Assembly: GCA_963830915.1 (NCBI GenBank)
Contig: CAWHOE010000044.1
Location: 1-55,884 of the forward strand
Reading direction: 5' to 3'
DNA: 55,884 bases
From: a candidate division FCPU426 bacterium
GTDB taxonomy: Bacteria > Oederibacteriota > Muellerivitia > Muellerivitales > Muellerivitaceae
Below, piece after piece: positions 40,435 to 50,641 of this stretch. The position numbers and the translations under genes are program-made. How positions within the stretch are numbered: position 1 is the stretch's first letter; the number at the start of each line of letters is the position of its first letter. Below the pieces are notes generated by a model. It was not told the origin of the DNA, did not search any database, and saw only the letters and a program-made list of their open reading frames with translations.

Positions 40435-42543
40435 ATGCGAACGACTATCTGGAGTCTCATTTTAGCCGTTTCCGTTTGTCTCACGGGGATGGCGGCAAAG
40501 GCGGATACCCAAACCATGTCCAACACATTCAAAAACCCTATCCTGACCGGCTTCCATCCCGACCCCAGTATCTGCCGGACGGGGGATGATTTTTACCTGA
40601 CCAATTCAACCTTCGAGTATTTCCCGGGCCTGCCCATCTACCACAGCCGCGACCTGGTTCATTGGGAACAGATCGGCAACGCCCTTGACCGTCCCAGCCA
40701 ACTGCCCTTGAAAGGAGCCACCGATTATGGAGGTCTCTACGCGCCGACCCTCCGCTATTGGCAAGGAATTTTCTATCTGACCTGTAACAACGTCACGGGC
40801 GGGGGTAATTTCTTCGTCACGGCCAAGGACCCGGCGGGCCCCTGGTCCGAACCAGTTTGGATGAATATCCCGGACATCGACGGGTCCATCCTTTTCGACG
40901 ACGACGGCAAGGCCTACTACACCAGCCAGGGAGGCGGGGAAAAAGCGGGTATCAAGCAGTGCCAGTTCGACCCCCGGACCGGGCAGGCCATCGGCCCTTC
41001 CAAGGTCATCTTCAATGACCCGAACGAATCCTGGAACGAGGGTCCCCACCTCTACAAGATCAAGGGCAAGTATTTCCTCATGCTGGCCGAGGGCGGCACG
41101 GGCGACCGCCACATGGAGACCATCCACCGTTCCGATTCCCCTTGGGGCCCTTTTGAGAATTGTCCCTACAACCCCATCCTGACCGAGCGGGACGACCCCC
41201 AAAGCCCCATCCAGTGCGCTGGTCACGCCGACCTGATCGAGGCTCCGGATGGAACCTGGTGGGTGGTCTTTTTGGGGGTGAGGCCCCATCACGGCAGATC
41301 CGTGCTGGGCCGGGAGACCTACCTGGCCCCCGTTACCTGGACGAAGGATGGCTGGCCCGTGGTCAACGGGGACCATCACGTGGCCCTGGAAATGACCGCG
41401 CCAACCCTGCCAGGTCAAATGACGGTGAAACCTATGACCCATTGGGATTTTAAAAAGCTGAAGAACCTGGGGCCGGAATGGCTTCGGGTCCGCAATGGCA
41501 ATCCGGCCGATCTGAGCCTCCAAGCCAAGCCAAACCATTTACGTATTCGTTGCGCTACCGGGTCCTTGAGCGATAAGAAGGAAGAACCAGCCTTCGTGGG
41601 ACAGCGCCAGGGTGATTTCCGTTTCACTGCCAGCGCCTCCATTGAATTCCGTCCCTCCCAGGACGGGGAAGAGGCCGGCCTTTGTGTCAGGTCCAATGAC
41701 GATAACCACTACGAGGTCGGGGTGGAATGGGCAGAAGGGAATACCCAAGTTTTCATGCGCAATACCATCAAAGGCCGAGCCTATACCCCGGCCCGCATGC
41801 CTCTTGACCAGGGTCCTGTCCAACTCCGAATCTCGGGTGATGAGGACCAATACCAATTCGCCTGGTCCAAGGATGGAAAAAACTGGGAAACCTTGGGCGC
41901 TTCGCCTTCGGAGGATCTTTCCAAAGAAGTGGCGGGCGGATTCACCGGAACGGCCATCGGCCTTTACGCATCCTCCAACGGCAAACCCTCCAAGGCCTAC
42001 GCTGATTTCGGGTGGTTCGAGATGGTGGATGGCAAGGCTCTTGCGCCGGCTGCTCTTTTACCCAGGCCGACCCCCACACCCCTGATCCCCTCGAACGTCT
42101 GGCGTATCCGCTGTGGCGGAATTCCCTGGACCGACCGGTCCGGGAAAAAATGGGGCGAGGATATCGGCTGGACCAGCGGAGAGACGGCCGAGGCGGGCAG
42201 CCCTATCGCCGCGTCCCAAGACCCTGAGTTATACGCTACCGAGCGTTGGGGCTCCGAATTCAGCTACCGCCTGCCTGTGCCAGCGGGAATATACAAGGTG
42301 ACCCTCAAGTTCGCCGAGTCCTACGTGAAGAAGCCAGGGGAAAGGGTCTTTGACGTGATCCTGAACGGCAACACAGTCCTGAAAAATTTCGACATCCTTA
42401 AGGAAGCCGGGGCCCTGAATCGGGGCATTGACCGGACCTTTTCGGATATCCGGATGGACGCTCCGGGCATACTCGAGTTGCGTTTTAAGTCGTCCATCCA
42501 GAACGCCAAGGTCTGCGCTCTATCGATTGTTCCCCAGGAATAA
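40435..42543 (+). CDS. Secreted GH43 glycoside hydrolase with GH43_C2 and malectin domains (paralog)
   Basis: Same motifs and architecture as 38311-40413. Confidence 0.93.
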   Translation: MRTTIWSLILAVSVCLTGMAAKADTQTMSNTFKNPILTGFHPDPSICRTGDDFYLTNSTFEYFPGLPIYHSRDLVHWEQIGNALDRPSQLPLKGATDYGGLYAPTLRYWQGIFYLTCNNVTGGGNFFVTAKDPAGPWSEPVWMNIPDIDGSILFDDDGKAYYTSQGGGEKAGIKQCQFDPRTGQAIGPSKVIFNDPNESWNEGPHLYKIKGKYFLMLAEGGTGDRHMETIHRSDSPWGPFENCPYNPILTERDDPQSPIQCAGHADLIEAPDGTWWVVFLGVRPHHGRSVLGRETYLAPVTWTKDGWPVVNGDHHVALEMTAPTLPGQMTVKPMTHWDFKKLKNLGPEWLRVRNGNPADLSLQAKPNHLRIRCATGSLSDKKEEPAFVGQRQGDFRFTASASIEFRPSQDGEEAGLCVRSNDDNHYEVGVEWAEGNTQVFMRNTIKGRAYTPARMPLDQGPVQLRISGDEDQYQFAWSKDGKNWETLGASPSEDLSKEVAGGFTGTAIGLYASSNGKPSKAYADFGWFEMVDGKALAPAALLPRPTPTPLIPSNVWRIRCGGIPWTDRSGKKWGEDIGWTSGETAEAGSPIAASQDPELYATERWGSEFSYRLPVPAGIYKVTLKFAESYVKKPGERVFDVILNGNTVLKNFDILKEAGALNRGIDRTFSDIRMDAPGILELRFKSSIQNAKVCALSIVPQE

Positions 42544-42639
42544 GGAACGCTAGGTCATTACGGTTCTAAACATTTCCTTGGCACATGGTTTAAAAGCCAT
42601 CCCGTTCAGATTTTTGGATTGGGTTTTGAAAATGCGCGC

Positions 42640-43944
42640 TTACCTTTGGCCGGACTGGTCCGATCGTAGGACTGGGACAATGATCCGGTCGCGTTTTTCG
42701 GGGTTGAACTTGTCGAACACGATGCTCATGATCTTGAAATCCCCGGCTCCCTGATTCGGGGGGAGGTCCAGTTCCAACGAATCAATAGCGTTCAGGTCCA
42801 GAACCTTATTGCCGTTTTGATTGCCCCAAACCGGGCTGGGACTGAACTCGGATAACTTGATCTGATAGATCTTCCACTTGCCCCATCCCTTCATCACCGG
42901 GCTTTGGTATTGCTCTCCGTCAGTTCCGCTCACCCCTGGGTAAGATGCCGCGCCTGGCGCCCCAACGCCCGCCTCGTTAATGGAGACCTGGAACCTTAGA
43001 CCGGCCGGGGCCATGGCGTGCAGTTGAACCATATCGCAGCCTTCCACGATGGCGTATTTGTCCGCGGCGAAAGGCCCGTTAATGGGATAAAAAGTGACCC
43101 CGCTTCCGTCCGCGTCGCTGGTGTAATAATGGTAATTGAGCAGGCCGTTTTTGGCGTCGCGCGTTAATTCATTGCCGGGTTTAGAACAAATAACGATGTT
43201 TTGGTCGGTTTGCCGGGACATGAAGAACGAGTTGAAACCGTACCTCGTCTTAAAGACGGCGTGTTTGGGGGGGAAATAATAACAGAACATTCCGGCCAGA
43301 GCGGCTAAGAGTATCCCGACCAGTATCACGGCGATGAGTAATGTAAGGCCTTTGTTCTTTTGGGCCTCCACTTTTGAATGGGGAACGGCCCTTTCCTTCG
43401 CCCCGCCGATGACCTCCGTGACGATCTTATAGATCTCGATCTTTTGGGCGATGTTCTTGAGCTCATGGGGGCCCAGGGAGGTTACGTGGAATTCCACCTG
43501 GTTCTTGATGTGGTTGTAAACGTCCTGGGATATGCAGATGCCGCCTGGCTCGGCGATGGGTTGGAGACGGGCCGCGATATTGACCCCATCCCCGAAAATA
43601 TCGTTGTTCTTCATCACCACGTCCCCGATATGAATGCCGATGCGAACCTGCCGGTTCTTCCCGCTGGACCGGGTGAAATCCAGGTTGTAATCATGGAGAT
43701 GCTTTTGGATGGAAACGGCGCAGCGCACCGCGTTGACCGCGCTATTGAAGTCGGCCAGGAAGGCGTCGCCCACGGTCTTGATGACCCGTCCGCCGTTCTT
43801 CTCGATCTCACCTTGAAGAAGGGCGTTATGGAACTTCAGGAATTCCAGGGAACCGGCCTCGTCCTCCCCCATCATCTTGCTGTAACCCACGATATCCGTG
43901 AACATAATGGCGGAAAGTTTTCGCTGGACGTTTTCTTCGGGCAT
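42640..43944 (-). CDS. Class III adenylate/guanylate cyclase with TM and extracytoplasmic CBM11-like domain
   Basis: MFTDIVGYS, IKTVGDA, RIGIHIGD, DIFGDGVNIAARLQ motifs; one TM; WKIYQIKLSEF..WG.Q.GN..LDL. RBS GAGGT before ATG 43944. Confidence 0.88.
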   Translation of the reverse strand: MPEENVQRKLSAIMFTDIVGYSKMMGEDEAGSLEFLKFHNALLQGEIEKNGGRVIKTVGDAFLADFNSAVNAVRCAVSIQKHLHDYNLDFTRSSGKNRQVRIGIHIGDVVMKNNDIFGDGVNIAARLQPIAEPGGICISQDVYNHIKNQVEFHVTSLGPHELKNIAQKIEIYKIVTEVIGGAKERAVPHSKVEAQKNKGLTLLIAVILVGILLAALAGMFCYYFPPKHAVFKTRYGFNSFFMSRQTDQNIVICSKPGNELTRDAKNGLLNYHYYTSDADGSGVTFYPINGPFAADKYAIVEGCDMVQLHAMAPAGLRFQVSINEAGVGAPGAASYPGVSGTDGEQYQSPVMKGWGKWKIYQIKLSEFSPSPVWGNQNGNKVLDLNAIDSLELDLPPNQGAGDFKIMSIVFDKFNPEKRDRIIVPVLRSDQSGQR

Positions 43945-44244
43945 GGGGACCTCACGAACTCGGGATGGCCCGGGGCTCCCCAAATCCCAAGGCCGAAAAC
44001 AGATTCCATTATAGAAGTTTTGGACCCGGAGTACCTTTAAAAGGTGATCGAAAAATCGCATTAGCTTTGTAGGTTTTCACAAAAAGATTTAATCCAGAGA
44101 AGCAAGGAGGTCAGTCCATTTAGCCTTGATTCCATCAGAACAAGGAATATCAACGGGGAGGGAAAGTGTGGAAGATCCTTTCCCCGGGCTCAATAGATGA
44201 TAAAATCACGCGTCGAATGATTTTCCCTATTTAACGGAGATGAA

Positions 44245-45339
44245 ATGTCAAAGACGTACCGGGAAAAGATCAAAAAACTCCTCAAACGCCAGCGGCTCCT
44301 GAACGATGAGATCCTCATGTACCGTCGGGTGATGGAAGGCATGAGGCAAGGGTTGGTGTTCGAGAACTTGTTGAAGCTCATCATCGATTCAGTGCGCAAG
44401 GGGATGGGATTCAAGAGGGCTGGCGTTTTCCTGGTGGAACCGGATGGGAAGCATTTCCACTTGGCCCTGGGCATCGGCGGGAACGGGAAATATGAGCACA
44501 ACAAGGACCGTTTACCCCTCGACTCAAAACCTGGGAAAGTCCCGCTGGCCGATGTCATCAACGGCCGGGTGAGTTATTTCCTCTGCAATAATATCCCTGA
44601 CCGCATACCCCTGCGTTATCACTACCGGGTGGAGGTCATCAACAACGCGGTGGTACCCATTCAGGTGGGGAAGGAAAAGACCATCGGCGCCCTGGCCGTG
44701 GACAACCTGCGCTTGAACCGTCTCATCACCAAGTCGGATGTTGCAAGCCTGATGAACTACGCCACCCAGTTGGGATTGGCCATTGAGTCATTAAGGGTCC
44801 ACGAAAAGGCCATGAACCTCTCCTTGATCGATCCTTTGACAGAGCTTTACAACCGGCGGCATTTCGATAAGGCCCTGGCCCAGGAGATCAAGCGATGCCA
44901 AAGGTACAAACGGGCCTTCAGCATCCTCCTGATCGATATCGACCATTTCAAGCGCATCAACGACAAGTACGGCCATGACGCGGGGGATCGGGTGATCCGC
45001 CAGGTGGGAAACCTATTGAGGAATACCCTGCGAAATCCGGATGTGGTCGGGCGTGTCGGCGGCGAGGAATTCGCGGTCATCCTTCCTGAGACACCACCCC
45101 AAAGCATCAGGCTGGTCGTCAATAGGCTCCTGAAGGAGATGCGCAGGACCATACCGGATGTGCCGGCCATGGCTGAAAAGAATGAAAAAGTGACCTTCAG
45201 CATCGGGTTAGCAACTTACTTAAAGGGAAGCGCTACCGGGCAGACGATCATGAAATTGGCCGATCAGAGCATGTACCAGGCCAAACGCAACGGCCGGAAC
45301 AGGGCCGGAAAGTTGAAGGTCATCCGGGGAAAAAGCTGA
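44245..45339 (+). CDS. GAF-GGDEF diguanylate cyclase
   Basis: DPLTELYNRR, DIDHFKRINDKYGH..GD, RVGGEEF motifs; N-terminal GAF-like region. Confidence 0.93.
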   Translation: MSKTYREKIKKLLKRQRLLNDEILMYRRVMEGMRQGLVFENLLKLIIDSVRKGMGFKRAGVFLVEPDGKHFHLALGIGGNGKYEHNKDRLPLDSKPGKVPLADVINGRVSYFLCNNIPDRIPLRYHYRVEVINNAVVPIQVGKEKTIGALAVDNLRLNRLITKSDVASLMNYATQLGLAIESLRVHEKAMNLSLIDPLTELYNRRHFDKALAQEIKRCQRYKRAFSILLIDIDHFKRINDKYGHDAGDRVIRQVGNLLRNTLRNPDVVGRVGGEEFAVILPETPPQSIRLVVNRLLKEMRRTIPDVPAMAEKNEKVTFSIGLATYLKGSATGQTIMKLADQSMYQAKRNGRNRAGKLKVIRGKS

Positions 45340-45589
45340 AAGTCAAGAACGCCTACAACAACGGGTTCGCCCGATCCGCGAAAGCGGAACAATGAATATG
45401 GTTGATCAAGAGAACGAATGACAGGGACCGTGACATAAAGGGCCTGGTATCTTTCCCGTCATTAAAGTGGGAGGGGTGTCGGCCCCTTTTTATTTTCTAA
45501 CCGTTTTCCCAACTTAAAGTTCCGCCCTCTAGCTTTTTACTAGAGCCTCATGAGGTAATACGGGAACAGATCAAGAGATAGGAGGCCCC

Positions 45590-46153
45590 ATGAGGAAATA
45601 TCTCCGCATGATCCTGGGAGCGTTGTTCATCGGTTTAGCGGCTTCATCCCTTTACGCTGATCCCGCTCAAGGAACGGTTTATTCTTTCAAAATGAGGGAC
45701 ATCGACGGAAAGATGGTTTCTCTGGCCAAGTACAAGGGCCAGGTCATCCTGATCGTGAACGTTGCCAGTAAATGCGGTCACACCCCCCAATACGCCGGGT
45801 TGGAAACCCTTTATGAGAAATATAAGGAGAAAGGGTTCGTGATCCTGGGTTTCCCCTGCAACCAGTTCCGTAACCAGGAGCCTGGCACGGCCGCCCAGAT
45901 CAAGACTTTCTGTACCACCCAATACAACGTGACCTTTCCCCTCTTCGACAAAATCGAGGTCAACGGTGAAAAGACCCATCCCCTTTATAAATTCCTGAAG
46001 GCCGCCGAGCCTGACCCGAACGGCAAGTTGGACATTGGCTGGAACTTCACCAAATTCCTCATCGACAGGGATGGGCATCCGGTCAAAAGGATACTCACGA
46101 CGGTCGAGCCGGATCAATTCGACGCCGATATCCAATCCGCGGTTTCGAAATAA
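45590..46153 (+). CDS. Glutathione peroxidase family protein (Cys type) with signal peptide
   Basis: VNVASKCGHTPQY, GFPCNQF..QEPG, WNFTKFL motifs. Confidence 0.95.
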   Translation: MRKYLRMILGALFIGLAASSLYADPAQGTVYSFKMRDIDGKMVSLAKYKGQVILIVNVASKCGHTPQYAGLETLYEKYKEKGFVILGFPCNQFRNQEPGTAAQIKTFCTTQYNVTFPLFDKIEVNGEKTHPLYKFLKAAEPDPNGKLDIGWNFTKFLIDRDGHPVKRILTTVEPDQFDADIQSAVSK

Positions 46154-46251
46154 TATTCCTTCGTCTGAACGATGTGTACGTTTTATGTTAAAAACTCACG
46201 TTGTAGATAAATGAGATGAATTTAATCCATCAGGCGAGAAAGTGGTAACAA

Positions 46252-46827
46252 GTGCATCGGGGGAGATTGGAAGCCTTCAGTGACGGGGTTTTGGCCATCA
46301 TCATCACTATTATGGTGCTCGACCTCAGGCCTCCCCATAGTATCGAACTGGGATCCCTCAAGACGGTCCTGCCCAATCTCATTAGCTATTCCTTGAGCTT
46401 CATCTACATCGGTATTTATTGGAACAATCATCATCACTTGTTCCAGGTCGTTAATGGAGTTAATGGCAAGATCTTGTTGGCCAATTTGAACCTGCTTTTT
46501 TGGCTTTCCCTGACGCCTTTCGCGACTGCCTGGCTGGGGCAGGAGGGCCTGTTCGCCTGGCCCGTGGCCCTTTACGGAATGGTTCTTTTACTTTCGGCCA
46601 TCGCTTATACCATCCTGACCACCGTTCTGATCGCCCATCATGGCAAGGATTCGTCTCTCGCCAAGGCCATCGGGTCGGATAAAAAGGGAAAAGTCTCCCT
46701 GGGTCTTTATGGATCGGGGGTGGTCCTGGCTTTCGTAGCCCCCTGGGTGTCCTACGGCCTTTATTTTGTTGTGGCTGTTATTTGGATCATCCCCGACCAA
46801 CGGATCGAGAAAGTTCTCTCGAAATAA
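46252..46827 (+). CDS. TMEM175 family K+ channel
   Basis: RLEAFSDGVLAIIITIMVL and IYWNNHHHLF motifs. Confidence 0.93.
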   Translation: MHRGRLEAFSDGVLAIIITIMVLDLRPPHSIELGSLKTVLPNLISYSLSFIYIGIYWNNHHHLFQVVNGVNGKILLANLNLLFWLSLTPFATAWLGQEGLFAWPVALYGMVLLLSAIAYTILTTVLIAHHGKDSSLAKAIGSDKKGKVSLGLYGSGVVLAFVAPWVSYGLYFVVAVIWIIPDQRIEKVLSK

Positions 46828-47070
46828 CTCTTATATATTTAGGGTTAGCAAAACCTAAGGGCCGTAATTCCAATTGGTCATTTTGCTGAACCATGTTAAA
46901 TATTCGTAAGGTCGAAAACCGCGCTTTTTAACCATAAACTATTTGGGTATAATTCAGTCAGCTTGAGGGTGCGCCCATATCGTGCCGTCAGGCTCTGCTA
47001 CAGGGGAGCGGCTAGGGTCACGCCTTTCCTTTTCCTCATCCCTTCCGAAAAAAACATTTCGGAGGGAATT

Positions 47071-48060
47071 GTGAAATACCTTTTCGTGACGCTCACCATC
47101 CTGGCCCTGGTTTCCACCTCCGTTCTTTTCAATTCCTGCGGAAGCAACCCCACTTCGCCTGCGCCAACCGCGACGCCAGTACCACCGACCGCCACATCTA
47201 CACCTACTGGAACGCCTACCGCGAGCCCGACAGCTACCCTCCCCTACAGCCAAGCTGCTACTTTATGGAGCGGGTCCTTCACCAACCCTTACGCCATTCG
47301 GTACGACGGAGCCGGAAATCTTTGGGTTTCCGATATCGGAGCCAATACGCTCTCCAAATGGGCGACCAATGGTACCAGCCCCATCACGACCATCACCAGT
47401 TTCAATGGAAGTAAGACCTTCAATGGACCCTATGGGGATTCTATCGATCCCTCGACGGGTAACGTCTATGTCGCTAATGAGGGAAACTATGAGATAGACG
47501 TTTTCGACGGTTCCGGGAATTATCTGACGTCTTTCGGACAAAGTCAGATCGGTTCCACAGGAAGGATCTATGGGGTTGGGGTGAATTCCACCGGTACGAC
47601 GGTATATTTGGCGGACCAATGGAGCAACAGTGTGTACATTTACACCATTACCGTCGGTACGCCGCCGACCTATTCCTATGTGACCAGTTTCGGCTCCTCA
47701 GATCTAAGTTTCCCGGCCAATTTCGCTTTCGATTCAAGCAATAACGTCTACGTCGCCGACAAGGGGAACGGTCGGATCGTGGAGTACGACCACGGCGGGA
47801 CATACCAGGGAGCAGTCACACTCCTGAGTTCGGCTTCCCCCTCGGATGTGGCTGTCGATGGTTCAGGGAACATCTACGCCCTTTATCCTTACGGAGGGTT
47901 GATCGAGAAATTCAACCATTCCGGAACTTGGCAAGCCAGTTACGGATCGGGGTTACTGCACTCCGGCACCAGCCAGCTTTTTGGATTCACCATGGACGGC
48001 GTGGGGAATTTTTACGTCACCTCTTACGCCAATACCTGCGTTGTTGAGCTGAAAAAGTAG
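47071..48060 (+). CDS. NHL-repeat lipoprotein
   Basis: RBS GGAGG plus GTG 47071; LFNS-C lipobox; D..GN.YV NHL repeats. Confidence 0.85.
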   Translation: MKYLFVTLTILALVSTSVLFNSCGSNPTSPAPTATPVPPTATSTPTGTPTASPTATLPYSQAATLWSGSFTNPYAIRYDGAGNLWVSDIGANTLSKWATNGTSPITTITSFNGSKTFNGPYGDSIDPSTGNVYVANEGNYEIDVFDGSGNYLTSFGQSQIGSTGRIYGVGVNSTGTTVYLADQWSNSVYIYTITVGTPPTYSYVTSFGSSDLSFPANFAFDSSNNVYVADKGNGRIVEYDHGGTYQGAVTLLSSASPSDVAVDGSGNIYALYPYGGLIEKFNHSGTWQASYGSGLLHSGTSQLFGFTMDGVGNFYVTSYANTCVVELKK

Positions 48061-48088
48061 GGTAGTAAAAATGCTTTCGGAGGGAACT

Positions 48089-49075
48089 ATGAAATTCTTT
48101 TTCCTGACGCTCACCATCCTTGCCCTGGCTTCCACTTCCGTTCTTTTCAACTCCTGTGGAAAAAGCTCCCCCACAGGTCCCGTGCCGACGGCGACACACA
48201 CCCCAGTGCCCGGGACACCTACGGCGTCGCCCACCCAGACGTTGTCCTATTCCAATACGGCGGTGACGGTGTTATCTGGTTTGAGCTACTCGCCATATGG
48301 AATGAGTTGCTACATGGGCGACATCTGGACGACTCCCGGTGGCCTTGGGGATCTTTATGAATACACAGTCGCTGGCGCCTCAGTTACGACCTTGACCACT
48401 TACAACGGGTCCAGCGCTTTCGGAAATATCTATGCGGTGAATTCAGCACCGGATGGGACGGTTTATGTGTGTGATTGGGGTATTAGTTCGGGTGATCAGA
48501 GGGTCGAAGTTTTCTCATCCGCCGGAGTCGCTCAAACGGTCCTCACTGGAGTGGGTGACCCATTGGAAACCGCGGTGAATTCGTCCGGAACCACCCTTTT
48601 TATCCTGACTGACGAAGCGACTATCCTGACCTATTCGATCAGCGGAACACCCAAGGTCTACACCTCTGTTTCCAATTCTTTCAACACAACAAGCGGCGCT
48701 GGCAAATTGAGCATTCCCGCGGGTATAGCCCTGGATTCCAGTAATAATGTCTATGTTACAAATGATCCCGGATCGTTTGGTTATATCGTCAAATACGGAC
48801 CCACCGGCGGGGGCCCGATCACTTTTGGTTCCGCCGTCTTGACCGGTCCATGCGGCATCGCTGTAGACAGCGCCGGTAACCTTCTGGTGGACCAGACCGC
48901 GAATCCTGGTTTTATCCAGGAGTTCAATCCATCCGGAAGCACTTATACCGCTGGGGTGACATTCGGGAACAGTGTTTTGAAATACCCTGAGTTCCTAACC
49001 TTGGACACTTCGGACAATATCTACGTGGCCAATACAGGTGATTCCCAAATATTGGAGTTCCCGGCCATCCCATAA
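48089..49075 (+). CDS. NHL-repeat lipoprotein (paralog)
   Basis: RBS GGAGG; LFNS-C lipobox; P.GIA.DS repeats. Confidence 0.85.
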   Translation: MKFFFLTLTILALASTSVLFNSCGKSSPTGPVPTATHTPVPGTPTASPTQTLSYSNTAVTVLSGLSYSPYGMSCYMGDIWTTPGGLGDLYEYTVAGASVTTLTTYNGSSAFGNIYAVNSAPDGTVYVCDWGISSGDQRVEVFSSAGVAQTVLTGVGDPLETAVNSSGTTLFILTDEATILTYSISGTPKVYTSVSNSFNTTSGAGKLSIPAGIALDSSNNVYVTNDPGSFGYIVKYGPTGGGPITFGSAVLTGPCGIAVDSAGNLLVDQTANPGFIQEFNPSGSTYTAGVTFGNSVLKYPEFLTLDTSDNIYVANTGDSQILEFPAIP

Positions 49076-49371
49076 ACCGGATAGATTAGACCAAAGGTCA
49101 TGATGAGAATTTTCAGGTATGCAGTTAACACCACTTTAATAATGGATAAGAGCGGCCAGAATGTTTTGTGTCGGGCCTGATCCGTCCCTGGGCAACACCG
49201 GGGCTATTCATGAGGCTGAAGCATTAAAAAGTAACGGTAAATCAGTACCGCCGGCGTTTAAATCTTATGGATGAGAAAAAGTAAAATCTGTATTATTTGT
49301 CTGAAACACAGGGGGGCGAAAGGTCATTCGATCTTATCGAAAAGCCGATCAAATTTTATGGAGGTCTACTT

Positions 49372-50313
49372 ATGGCTCGTATATCCGCCGCTGTTTTTAA
49401 TCAAAGGTTCTTCGCTTTATCCCTGTTCCTTATCGCCGGCCTGCTGGTTTCCTGCTCCAAAACACCCACCTCGGCCGGAATCAATGTGCCGCCGCCTTCG
49501 TCCAATAATACCGTGCCGACTTTTGAACGAAGTTGGTACTGTTACGGCCCGGAAACATTGGCGCCTTTTAAGGACGAGTTGGTCGTGACCAAGGAAGACA
49601 GCGTTAACCTTTTCAAATTGGATGATCTATCCACGGTCTTTCAGAGCTGGGATAATTATGGCGGATATCCTTTCTACACCCTATACGCGGCGGCGGTCAG
49701 CCCCACGACCGGACACATATTTGCCGTTGATTATGACGAGTATGAAGTTTATCAGTTCACTAACCGTGGAGTCACGGTGAACTACTCCAACTACGGTTTT
49801 GAGGAACCCCAGGATGTGGCGACCGATTCCAGAGGTTATTACTATGTTGCCGACTCGGATAATTCCCAAGTCGAGAAATTCGACGCCCAGAACAACCTCA
49901 TCGAAGTCTGGTACTCATTCGGCTCGGCCACCTTGGATTATCCGACAGGCGTAGCGCTGGACGCCCATGATAATCTCTACATCGCGGATTGGGAGGGATA
50001 TATCTACGAACTGGCCGCGGGCACGCAAAATTTGTTGAATACCTGGAATTTACCATCCCACGACTATGTTTACCAAATGGCCATCGACAAAGCGGGCGTG
50101 GTTTACGCCCCGCTTTATGAAACCAATAAGGAAGTAGCGGAATACAAAGCCGGCTCCGCGACGCCCTTCCTTACTTGGGATGGGACCCAAGGCGGGGGAA
50201 CCAAGTTCGCCGGACCGGATGGGATCTGCATAATCCCGAACGGTGACATCCTGGTTTCGGATTATGACAACGACAACATCCAGGAATTCAAACCTCAAAC
50301 ATCAAAGTTCTAA
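49372..50313 (+). CDS. NHL-repeat lipoprotein
   Basis: RBS GGAGG; LLVS-C lipobox; PQDVATDS..YVAD and PTGVALD..LYIAD repeats. Confidence 0.85.
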   Translation: MARISAAVFNQRFFALSLFLIAGLLVSCSKTPTSAGINVPPPSSNNTVPTFERSWYCYGPETLAPFKDELVVTKEDSVNLFKLDDLSTVFQSWDNYGGYPFYTLYAAAVSPTTGHIFAVDYDEYEVYQFTNRGVTVNYSNYGFEEPQDVATDSRGYYYVADSDNSQVEKFDAQNNLIEVWYSFGSATLDYPTGVALDAHDNLYIADWEGYIYELAAGTQNLLNTWNLPSHDYVYQMAIDKAGVVYAPLYETNKEVAEYKAGSATPFLTWDGTQGGGTKFAGPDGICIIPNGDILVSDYDNDNIQEFKPQTSKF

Positions 50314-50329
50314 CCGTTCCGCGCGTGAC

Positions 50330-50360
50330 AAGGGGTCCCCAACGGGACCCCTTATTTTTT
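50330..50360 (+). terminator. Rho-independent terminator
   Basis: AAGGGGTCCC-CAAC-GGGACCCCTT followed by a T tract. Confidence 0.85.
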
Positions 50361-50537
50361 GACCAAACCCGCGGGAAACCCGCTCCGAATAGGCGCTTTT
50401 CTCGAAAACCAATTCATCGTTTGTTGTTCTGTCTTTTGAAGGATGTTGGAATCCACCCAGCCAAATGGACAATGGCCTGTCTAACGAAGCTTGAAGAGGA
50501 TATGTAGATGACCTGAAACTAATTTATGGATGAAATT

Positions 50538-50574
50538 AAAAAGCCGATCGGCCAGGCGCCGACCGGCTTTTTTT
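50538..50574. terminator. Bidirectional terminator
   Basis: AAAAAGCCGATCGG..CCGACCGGCTTTTTTT between convergent genes. Confidence 0.75.
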
Positions 50575-50641
50575 ATGGGACAACTGAAGGTCTCCCCTTT
50601 AGCGGAGATGTCTTTGGCATCACGCTACAGGGCGCAGTACT

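Noticed and set aside
45590..46153. Selenocysteine glutathione peroxidase
   Set aside because: The catalytic codon is TGC (Cys) and there is no in-frame TGA.
49076..49371. c-di-GMP or other riboswitch in lipoprotein leaders (also 35346-35549, 46830-47070)
   Set aside because: Only short hairpins are present; the conserved cores of known riboswitches were not found by eye.
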